This document shows, piece by piece, positions 35,447 to 42,688 of a stretch of DNA of 43,961 nucleotides. The first letter of the stretch is position 1. Every line of letters starts with the position of its first letter. This stretch comes from a virus: IMG/VR virus record IMGVR_UViG_3300010355_000140; one strand, 5' to 3'. A program made the position numbers and the translations under genes. Under the pieces are notes generated by a model. The model was not told the DNA's origin. It did no database searches and saw only the letters and a program-made list of their open reading frames with translations.

Positions 35447-36725
35447 GTGGGGCGCTTCCTCCGCCAAGCAATGGCGCGGGTGCCCCGGCTCAGTAAACCT
35501 CGTCATTCAGAAGAAAGCCGAGGGTGTGATCCCCAAAGACACCAGCACGCGCTTCTCCGACGAAGGCACGCAAGCCCATGATTGGGCCGACAAATGCCTG
35601 ACCGGAAAGATCAAGCGGGCTGATATACCAGCCGAGTTCCTCGAACATCTCGGTGGCTACCTCGACCTAGCTGGCGAGCTGGCCATGGAGAACGGAGGGC
35701 AGGTCTTCAACGAGCAACAGGTCAAACTTTTCTACTCGAAGAAGCCGGAGGATTGGGACACCAATCCGATCTATTTTGTTGAAGACATACGCAATGGTGG
35801 AATGATTCCACCGGGCGAGTGGAAACAAGCAACCGGCACACTCGACTACGCGGTGGTGAGCAACGATCGCGTTGACATCCTCGACCTGAAATACGGTGCG
35901 GGTGTGTTCGTGGATGCCAGTGAGAATGACCAGCTGGCTATCTATGCCCTCTCCCTGATGAAGCAGTTCGAGGAAGCATTCGAGTTCACCGATGACACGA
36001 TCGTCCGGTGCAACATCTATCAGCCGCGCCACCGTGACTTCGACGGCGTTGCTTCATGGGAATGCACCTACCGTGAACTCAAGGACTATGGCATTGACAT
36101 CGAGCGCGACTACAAGGCCAGCAAGGCGGCGTCGATCCATGACCTCAAGCCATCGAAAGATGCCTGCCAGTTCTGTGATGCCCGCCGTGGCTGCACGGTG
36201 CGGGTAGCCAGCTTGTTCGAGGACATCCCGGACGAAGCCAACCCTATCAGCTCCAAGTTCGATCCGTCGAAGCTGGAAGCCGAGGGTGTGACCGATCTGG
36301 TGCGCCTCCGCGTGTTCGAGAAGGGCAAGGAAATCGCCAAGTGGTTCGCCGATGTCAACGAAGACTCGCTCGCCATGATCGAGCGCGGTGTGCCGATCAC
36401 CGGTCTGAAATCCGTGGACGGTGGCAAGGGCAACCGCTCATGGGGCAATGAAACTGATGCCGCGAAACTCCTTCGTGAGCTGCCAGCCGAGGTGAAGTTC
36501 CTCCCGCGCCGTCTGATCTCCCCGGCGCAGGCCGAAGCCGCACTCAAGAAAGCCGGTCTGCCATTTGAAAAGCAGTCCACGAAGTTCAAGAACCGGTGGA
36601 AGCAGATCATCAAGCAGGCCGAGGGCAAGCCTTCTCTGGCGCTGGAAAGCGACAAGAAACCGGCCCGTGTTTCCGCCCCGGAAAAGTTCGATGACGAAAC
36701 AATTACGGAAGATGACGTTTTTTAA
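35409..36725 (+). CDS. PD-(D/E)XK / Cas4-like exonuclease (DUF2800-like) ending in ITEDDVF
   Basis: WGASSAKQWRGCPGS near the N-terminus. LDLKYGAGV core. C-terminal Cys cluster DACQFCDARRGC. Start ATG 35409 is preferred; 35346 is an alternative. Confidence 0.7.
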   Translation: MTTPADANHPHYEWGASSAKQWRGCPGSVNLVIQKKAEGVIPKDTSTRFSDEGTQAHDWADKCLTGKIKRADIPAEFLEHLGGYLDLAGELAMENGGQVFNEQQVKLFYSKKPEDWDTNPIYFVEDIRNGGMIPPGEWKQATGTLDYAVVSNDRVDILDLKYGAGVFVDASENDQLAIYALSLMKQFEEAFEFTDDTIVRCNIYQPRHRDFDGVASWECTYRELKDYGIDIERDYKASKAASIHDLKPSKDACQFCDARRGCTVRVASLFEDIPDEANPISSKFDPSKLEAEGVTDLVRLRVFEKGKEIAKWFADVNEDSLAMIERGVPITGLKSVDGGKGNRSWGNETDAAKLLRELPAEVKFLPRRLISPAQAEAALKKAGLPFEKQSTKFKNRWKQIIKQAEGKPSLALESDKKPARVSAPEKFDDETITEDDVF

Positions 36726-36752
36726 TTGACGAACTATCCTCACCAGTATAAT
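36726..36752 (+). promoter_or_regulatory. promoter P5 (best match: TTGACG ... TATAAT)
   Basis: TAAttgacgaaCTATCCtcACCAGTATAAT. The spacer is only 15 nt. Confidence 0.65.
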
Positions 36753-36802
36753 TCTCCCAACGTCCACGACGGACATCCAAACAAACCAAAACAGAAAACA
36801 AG

Positions 36803-37492
36803 ATGAACAAAGCAAAATTCGACGCCGCCCTCCAGCCACTCCTTCAACCTATCTCCGAGTTGCTCGCGGAGCATGGTGTGGATTCCGGCACTCTCAGTTT
36901 CAAAGTCAGCCCGCTCGATGTGGGCTGGGAAGTCAAAGCGGTGGGAGGTGGCAAGCCACGCCTGTCCACGGAAGAGTTCGAGAAGAAGGTCCGCAGCTCC
37001 CCGCTGGGTGCCGCCCTCACGAGTCTCTTTGGTGCCGACATCGTCAACGCAGCGTTCGCCGACATGCGCGGTGAGAAAGAAGCTGCTGATGTCGAACCCA
37101 ACGCCGCCCAGCTCAAGTGGGGTGTTGAAAACCTCGAACGTATCAACGCCGTCGCTCCGCACCCGTTCACGGCGGAGGATGTGGGTGAAATGGTCAAGGT
37201 CTTCATCAACGAAGCCCCACCCAAAGACCTCCACGGGTATGACGAGGTCGTTCGCTTCCGCGAGGAACTCGCCGAGCTGGCTGGTGTTCGCACCATCCCA
37301 ACCTCGAAGATGGTGGACTACGTCACGGCCAACGCTGCCCGCATCTCGAAAGCCAGTGGCATCCCGGCGGCTGATGTGGTCGCCGAGGCATACCGGATCG
37401 CGGAGGAACTCCTGAACGATCGCGAGCCTTGCGGGTGTGGCAAACCTGATTGCTTCGACACGTTCGCCAAGGAACTCCGCGCCATCAAATAG
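36803..37492 (+). CDS. hypothetical protein (229 aa)
   Basis: ATG is preceded by aaaccaaaacagaaaacaag. No motif recognised. Confidence 0.6.
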   Translation: MNKAKFDAALQPLLQPISELLAEHGVDSGTLSFKVSPLDVGWEVKAVGGGKPRLSTEEFEKKVRSSPLGAALTSLFGADIVNAAFADMRGEKEAADVEPNAAQLKWGVENLERINAVAPHPFTAEDVGEMVKVFINEAPPKDLHGYDEVVRFREELAELAGVRTIPTSKMVDYVTANAARISKASGIPAADVVAEAYRIAEELLNDREPCGCGKPDCFDTFAKELRAIK

Positions 37493-37494
37493 CC

Positions 37495-37563
37495 AAGCCC
37501 TTCGGGGCAATGCGACCTAGCCAGTAGCTAGCCGGTCCCAAGTCCGGATGAACGCAGAGGGAC
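37495..37563 (+). promoter_or_regulatory. AATGCAG composite element, copy C (variant boxes aatgcga / aacgcag)
   Basis: Hairpin gccc-ttcg-gggc at 37497-508. Box1 at 37509-15. Hairpin ctagc/gctag at 37517-31. ccggtcccaagtccgg at 37532-47. Box2 at 37551-57. gggac pairs with gtccc. Confidence 0.65.
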
Positions 37564-37582
37564 AACCCAACATACCAACATA

Positions 37583-37960
37583 ATGAAAACAATCATCGCC
37601 GCCAATTACTTCAACCGTAAAGACAAAGACAATCGCTGGCTCACCCGTCCTTTCGATGTCGAAGAGCCGGAGGAAAAGGACTGCCAACTCCACGCCGGGC
37701 TTATCATCGGCAAGGCGCACGCCATCACCAGCCCGGAGTTCGAGGAGGGCTTCGGTTGCTCCGTGGTTCTGGAAACCGAGGACTCCACCGCCGAACTGGC
37801 CAAGGACTTCGACATCACCAGTTTCAAGGCAGCTGGCTACGTCCAGCTGAAATTCGATGGTTATGCCTTCTGCCCGGTGAAAACCTTGCTCAAAGTGGAA
37901 CACTTCGACGGCATCATTCTCTTGCCGAACGGTGAGATGTGGGGCAAGATTTCGGAGTAA
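37583..37960 (+). CDS. hypothetical protein (125 aa)
   Basis: ORF follows element C and an A/C-rich leader. Confidence 0.55.
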   Translation: MKTIIAANYFNRKDKDNRWLTRPFDVEEPEEKDCQLHAGLIIGKAHAITSPEFEEGFGCSVVLETEDSTAELAKDFDITSFKAAGYVQLKFDGYAFCPVKTLLKVEHFDGIILLPNGEMWGKISE

Positions 37961-38040
37961 GCCCTCCGGGGCTAATGCAGCCCGGCTACTAGCGTTCTAG
38001 TAGCTGGCCGGTCACAAGCCCGGATGAATGCAGAGTGGCC
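37961..38040 (+). promoter_or_regulatory. AATGCAG composite element, copy D
   Basis: Hairpin gccc-tccg-gggc at 37961-72. Box1 at 37974-80. 11-bp hairpin at 37982-38007. ccggtcacaagcccgg at 38008-23. Box2 at 38027-33. gtggcc at 38035-40 pairs with ggtcac at 38010-15. Confidence 0.7.
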
Positions 38041-38056
38041 CAAACCAGAAAACACA

Positions 38057-38692
38057 ATGGAACTCAAGGTAAAAAACGCACGCTTGTCCTTCGCCAACAT
38101 TCGCAAACCCTATACTCCCAAGACGGGGGATGCGAAGTATCGCTGCAATCTCATTTGCGACGAGAACACGAAGGTCGAGATCAAGAAGGAAGACGGCACG
38201 AAGATCACCGTCCCGCATCACCGCATGCAGGAGATCATCGATAAAATCCTCAAGGACAAATGGGGCAAGCTGCCCGGCAAGTTGGAGAACTATCTCTACA
38301 ACCGCGCCGACACGCAGGTTGGCCCACGCGGTCCGATGCTCAACACGGACGGCGAATACTACGAGGGCTACGACAAGGACACCATGTTCTTCGCTGCCGG
38401 TGCCAAGGTCGCGGATCGCCCCGAGGGCATCCTTATCATCGACCAGAAGCGCGAGCCGTTGCCAGCCAGCTCCGGCCACCCTGTCAGCGGTGACTATGTG
38501 AACGCGATCATCAACGCGTTCGCCTACGAATACGAAGGCAAGAAGGGTGTGTCCGCCTCGCTCGACGCGATCCAGTTCCTCCGCAAAGGGAAACCGTTCG
38601 GTGCCACCCGCGCCACGGCGGATTCCTTCGACGAGGAAGAGCTGGAGGACGAAGAAGAGGAAGAAGCCGATGACGGCGGTGGCATCTTCTGA
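38057..38692 (+). CDS. ssDNA-binding protein (DUF2815-like) with acidic tail ...EEEEADDGGGIF
   Basis: Start is set at ATG 38057 (MELKVKNARLSF) after ccagaaaacaca. The track's 38024 ATG lies inside box 2 of element D. Position is between the nuclease and the polymerase. The C-terminal tip is SSB-like. Confidence 0.65.
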   Translation: MELKVKNARLSFANIRKPYTPKTGDAKYRCNLICDENTKVEIKKEDGTKITVPHHRMQEIIDKILKDKWGKLPGKLENYLYNRADTQVGPRGPMLNTDGEYYEGYDKDTMFFAAGAKVADRPEGILIIDQKREPLPASSGHPVSGDYVNAIINAFAYEYEGKKGVSASLDAIQFLRKGKPFGATRATADSFDEEELEDEEEEEADDGGGIF

Positions 38693-38717
38693 TAGCTATC
38701 CTAGCTAGTTTGACTCA

Positions 38718-38750
38718 CCCCTTGGTCCCTCGCTGGGCCAAGGGGTTTTT
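38718..38750 (+). terminator. intrinsic terminator after the SSB gene
   Basis: ccccttgg(t)ccc-tcgct-gggccaagggg followed by ttttt. Confidence 0.8.
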
Positions 38751-38757
38751 GGGCGCA

Positions 38758-39240
38758 ATGAAAACGACACATCGCATACATCCAGCAGGGGACAGCTTCG
38801 GCTCGTTCATCATCCTTATCCTTGTGATCCTCGTCATCTCCGCGATCGGCGGCTGCATGTGGGGGATGCCCAAGTATCGCATCTACTCCCAGACCCTTCG
38901 TGGCGAAGCCATGCTGCGTGAAGCGGAGTGGACCAAGAAAGTCATGGTGGAGGAAGCACGCGCCAAGGAGGACGCCGCCACCATGATCGCCAAGGCTCGC
39001 GTCACGCAGGCCGACGCGGAAGGGCAGGCGGAAGTCGTGCGGGCCACCGCCACGGCGAAAGCCAACGGCATCATTGGTGAATCGCTCAAGGGCAATGAAG
39101 CCTACCTCCGCTACCTCTGGATCATGGGACTCCATGATGGCAAGGGTGAGCGCATCTACATCCCCACCGAGGCTGGCTTGCCAATCCTCGAAGCTGGCAA
39201 GGCCGGTCACGTCGCACTGGAGCAACCCGCTGCCAAGTAA
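38758..39240 (+). CDS. membrane-anchored protein with SPFH/band-7-like C-terminal helical region
   Basis: Start is set at ATG 38758, after the terminator. TM segment FIILILVILVISAIGGCMW, then an Ala/Glu-rich helix (AKARVTQADAEGQAEVVRATATAKANGIIGESL) and ...YLWIMGL...IYIPTE. Confidence 0.4.
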   Translation: MKTTHRIHPAGDSFGSFIILILVILVISAIGGCMWGMPKYRIYSQTLRGEAMLREAEWTKKVMVEEARAKEDAATMIAKARVTQADAEGQAEVVRATATAKANGIIGESLKGNEAYLRYLWIMGLHDGKGERIYIPTEAGLPILEAGKAGHVALEQPAAK

Positions 39241-39243
39241 TCC

Positions 39244-39828
39244 GTGACCATCAAGTTCCCCCACGCCTACCTGTTCCGCGATGTCTCTCCGTCCACACTG
39301 GCACGGAAGAAGGCGGAAGGTGTTTGCCGTCACTACGGCTGCACCAATCAGGCTAGGCGTGGGGGTTCCGATTGTGAGACGTGCAAGTCCCGCAAGTCCC
39401 GGCTAGCTAACCCTGTCCGGTATGCTTTCAACATGCTCAAGGTATCAGCCGCCAAGCGGCACATTCCTTTCGAGCTTACCTATGAGGAGTTCACCGAGTT
39501 CTCCATAAAAACCGGTTACGTCGAACGCATGGGCCGAGGTCCAGCCGACCTCACCGTTGACCGCATCCGGTCCAGTGAGGGTTATAGAATCGACAACATC
39601 CGTGCCCTCACCTACGAGGACAACGTGGCGAAGAGACTGGAGGGTATGGAATACCCGTTCGATCCTATCGCCAAACTCATTCACGATTTCAAGGGCACGC
39701 CGGACATCAACTGGCGTGCGTTCCGTTCACAAGCTGGAGAGGTTTATGACTTGATTACCCGACTCCAAGGGTATGAAGTTGCACCCGAGATTGCACCCGA
39801 CGAAGACGATGACACCAACCCCTTCTGA
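39244..39828 (+). CDS. HNH-family endonuclease with N-terminal Cys4 finger, ending in DEDDDTNPF
   Basis: GTG start. CRHYGC...CETC finger. LTVDRIRSSEGYRIDNIRALTYEDN is an HNH_3-type motif. Confidence 0.6.
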   Translation: MTIKFPHAYLFRDVSPSTLARKKAEGVCRHYGCTNQARRGGSDCETCKSRKSRLANPVRYAFNMLKVSAAKRHIPFELTYEEFTEFSIKTGYVERMGRGPADLTVDRIRSSEGYRIDNIRALTYEDNVAKRLEGMEYPFDPIAKLIHDFKGTPDINWRAFRSQAGEVYDLITRLQGYEVAPEIAPDEDDDTNPF

Positions 39829-42091
39829 CATCTACCACATCGATTACGAAACCTATTCGGGTGCGGACATCTCCGATGTCGGTGCGTTCAAATACATCGA
39901 GCATCCTGATTCCGAAATCCTTATCATGGCTATCGCCAAGAATGACGAGGAGCCGGTCGTGTGGGATGCGTTGGATAGAGGTATCGATGCGATCCTCATG
40001 CTCCACGAGGCGATCGAATCCGGTGCGGAAATCTGGGCGCACAACGCTCAGTTCGAGATGGCTGTCAGCAACCAGCTGATCCAAAACACATTCAACTTCG
40101 CGCCCCCGGCCACCGAGCAATGGCATTGCACCGCCGCTCTCTGCCGCTTGGCCGCGATCCCCATGTCACTGGCTGGTGCCGGATCATTCCTCAACACACA
40201 TGTCCAGAAGGACACCGAGGGCGACCGGCTCATCAAGAAATTCTGCTGCCCGCAGAAGCCCACGAAAAAAGACCCGCGCACACGCATCTATCCGAAGGAT
40301 GATCCGGAAGACTTCCGCCGGTTCGTTAGCTACTGCGTGGATGACGTTCGCACCGAGCAGGCGATCTACCGGCAGATCAAACCAATCGACCAGCCCAACC
40401 CCGGCCACAAGGGCTACCGTGCCGATGCACGTATGAATCTCCGGGGCATCCCGGTCAACGTCGATGCGCTCAAGAAAGCCACCGCGCTGATCGAGGAATA
40501 CGAGGCGCGTCTGGTGCCGCAGTTCCGGGCGCAAACCGCAAGCGCGGACACCATCACCCTGCCGATCACCAGCCAGCGCAAGGCACCGAAGGTCGTCTCA
40601 CTGGAGGAGGGCTTCAACCCCACACAGACGGAGATGCTCAAGGCATGGCTCAAGCAGCGTGGCTATACCGACGACAACCTCCAAGCGGCGACCGTGGAAT
40701 GGTGGCTGACCGAGGGCAAGGGCTTGCTCACCAAGCAGGCTTACGCCGTGCTGACCACGTTCAGCCAGATCAACTTCGCCGCCGTGAAGAAAATCCCGGC
40801 GATGCTCCGCATGGCGATGGAGGACGGCTACGTGCGCGGTGCGCTCATGGTCTATGGCGCGGAGCGCACACACCGCTGGACCGGCAAGGGAATCCAGCCG
40901 CAGAATTTCGCCCGGCCCACGATCAAGTTCACCGAGCTGGCGTATGAGTGCATCTGCAACGGTGCCACGATCGAGGAGATCGAGGCGCTGTTCGGCCCGC
41001 TCTATCAGGTATTGGCTAGCTGCATCCGCCACTTCATCCAGCCGCACGACGGCATGGTGTTGCAGGCCGACTACTCCGCGATCGAAGCCCGCGTTGCCCC
41101 ATGGTTGGTGAACGCCGAAGCCAAGCTGGATATGTTCCGCCGCAAGGAGCCGATCTATGAAATGCAGGCAGGCCGGATTTTCCACAAACGATATAGCGAT
41201 GTGGATAAAGATGAACGGTTCTTGGGCAAGCAGGCGGAGCTGGGCTGCACCTACAACATGGGCAGGCCGAAGTTCCGAAGCACCTGCGAATCCTATGGCT
41301 TCACCCCGTCCGCCAAGATGATCGAGGACTACAAGCCACGTCACAAGGCGTTCGTGAAAGCCGCGATCGACAAGGTCAAGAACGACATGGCCAAGAAGTT
41401 CGAGGCGAAAGGGGTAGCTATCCCAGCTAAGTATAACACCGACGAGTTCTACCAGAAGCGGACCATGGAGGCGAACAAGTGGCCGACGCTGGACCCGCAG
41501 ACGGAGGAGGAGTGGAGCCACTTCACCTTCGACGATCTGGCCGACCGCGCCGTCACCGCATGGCGTGAAGCCAACCCCACCATCGTGAAGTCATGGAGGC
41601 AGCTGGACGTTGCCGCCAAGTCGGCGATCGAGAATCCGGGCGAGACGTTCACCGTGGGCAAGCTGGCTTTCTGCATGAAGGAAACGCTGGGGTATCCCTG
41701 CCTGTTCATGAAGCTGCCGTCCGGGCATTTCCTCTGCTACCCGAGGGCGACCGTCGAACAGAACACCGCCAAGGGCTGGGGCACGCACATCCGTTTCTGG
41801 GGTGTTGTCCCGAACTCCGGCGGCACATGGGGCTGGTGTTCCACCTACGGCGGCAAGCTGCTGGAGAACGCCACGCAGGCCACCGCAGGGGATGTGATGC
41901 GCGAGGGCATGTATGCCGCAGAAAGCGCGGGCTACCAGCCATTCATGTTGGTTCACGACGAAATGCTTACGCTGCAACTGGCTGGCCAGACCCATGAGGA
42001 ACTCTGCCGCCTGCTCTGCACCATGCCCGGCTGGGCCAAAGGACTTCCGCTGGATGCGGAGGGATCGACGATACCTTTCTACAAAAAGTAA
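39809..42091 (+). CDS. family-A DNA polymerase with 3'-5' exonuclease domain
   Basis: ExoI IDYETYS, ExoII AHNAQFE, motif A DYSAIEARV, motif B KQAELGCTYNMG, motif C MLVHDEM. Start ATG 39809 overlaps the HNH gene by 20 nt. Confidence 0.9.
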   Translation: MTPTPSDIYHIDYETYSGADISDVGAFKYIEHPDSEILIMAIAKNDEEPVVWDALDRGIDAILMLHEAIESGAEIWAHNAQFEMAVSNQLIQNTFNFAPPATEQWHCTAALCRLAAIPMSLAGAGSFLNTHVQKDTEGDRLIKKFCCPQKPTKKDPRTRIYPKDDPEDFRRFVSYCVDDVRTEQAIYRQIKPIDQPNPGHKGYRADARMNLRGIPVNVDALKKATALIEEYEARLVPQFRAQTASADTITLPITSQRKAPKVVSLEEGFNPTQTEMLKAWLKQRGYTDDNLQAATVEWWLTEGKGLLTKQAYAVLTTFSQINFAAVKKIPAMLRMAMEDGYVRGALMVYGAERTHRWTGKGIQPQNFARPTIKFTELAYECICNGATIEEIEALFGPLYQVLASCIRHFIQPHDGMVLQADYSAIEARVAPWLVNAEAKLDMFRRKEPIYEMQAGRIFHKRYSDVDKDERFLGKQAELGCTYNMGRPKFRSTCESYGFTPSAKMIEDYKPRHKAFVKAAIDKVKNDMAKKFEAKGVAIPAKYNTDEFYQKRTMEANKWPTLDPQTEEEWSHFTFDDLADRAVTAWREANPTIVKSWRQLDVAAKSAIENPGETFTVGKLAFCMKETLGYPCLFMKLPSGHFLCYPRATVEQNTAKGWGTHIRFWGVVPNSGGTWGWCSTYGGKLLENATQATAGDVMREGMYAAESAGYQPFMLVHDEMLTLQLAGQTHEELCRLLCTMPGWAKGLPLDAEGSTIPFYKK

Positions 42092-42118
42092 TTGACGATC
42101 TATCCCAACCAGTTAATT
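42092..42118 (+). promoter_or_regulatory. promoter P6
   Basis: TAAttgacgatCTATCCcaACCAGTTAATT. Confidence 0.6.
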
Positions 42119-42270
42119 CTTCTCACGCATCCGCCGCAATGTATGCACTCCATGGAGGACCAACCGATGACCCCCGGTTCGACCGAAGTGGCCCCTGTCA
42201 GGGGACTAATACCGGTTCGCCGCAGTCGAATCGTCAAACCAACCGGGGGAACTGCCTAACAATTTTCCAA

Positions 42271-42603
42271 ATGAAAGCAACACCACTACCAGCAAACATC
42301 CGCATCTTCTCCGACGTGACGAAGGTGAGCCGCACCAACATCATCCAGCTCAAGGCCGATGGCGTTCTCAATCCTGATGACACCGTCATCTCGTGGGCAC
42401 GCCTCTCCCCCAAGCTGGTGGCCCGTGAAATCACGGAGGTCCAAGCCAAGCAGCTGATCCTTCTGGAGCTGTCGAAAGACAAGGCGGTCCGCGAGGACAT
42501 CGTCACCCGGCTGGTCAACTACCTTAGCTACTCGGTCCGTGAATCCACACTGGCCAAGATCGCTGAGTTCCGCAAGCCAGCGAAGAAGGCCAAGAAGAAG
42601 TGA
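42271..42603 (+). CDS. small putative DNA-binding protein (HTH-like, Lys-rich tail)
   Basis: Start is set at ATG 42271 (MKATPLPANI). DVTKVSRTNIIQLKADGVL is HTH-like. The C-terminus is KPAKKAKKK. The track's 42139 start adds 44 aa of low-complexity sequence. Confidence 0.5.
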   Translation: MKATPLPANIRIFSDVTKVSRTNIIQLKADGVLNPDDTVISWARLSPKLVAREITEVQAKQLILLELSKDKAVREDIVTRLVNYLSYSVRESTLAKIAEFRKPAKKAKKK

Positions 42604-42688
42604 AACCCAAACCCAAGATCGCCGGACCAGACGGCAAGCGCCGGGAGATCGGTGCCTTGCTGTCTGCTACGGCAGGTCTAGTAAAACT

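Noticed and set aside
36723-36755. Resemblance of the repeated promoter (AATTGACGAACTATCCTCACCAGTATAATTC) to T3/T7-type single-subunit RNAP promoters (AATTAACCCTCACTAAAGGGAGA).
   Set aside because: No ORF in this complete genome has single-subunit RNAP size or motifs. The element also has an obvious TTGAC / TATAAT pair, so host RNAP recognition is the simpler reading.
42163-42241. tRNA-like gene, suggested by GGTTCGA-type strings (ggttcgacc, ggttcgcc, gtcgaatc) and a 9-bp closing stem.
   Set aside because: No cloverleaf can be drawn. There is no D-arm partner, no 5-bp T-stem around a TTCGAAT-type loop, and no 7-nt anticodon loop. It is kept only as a structured leader.
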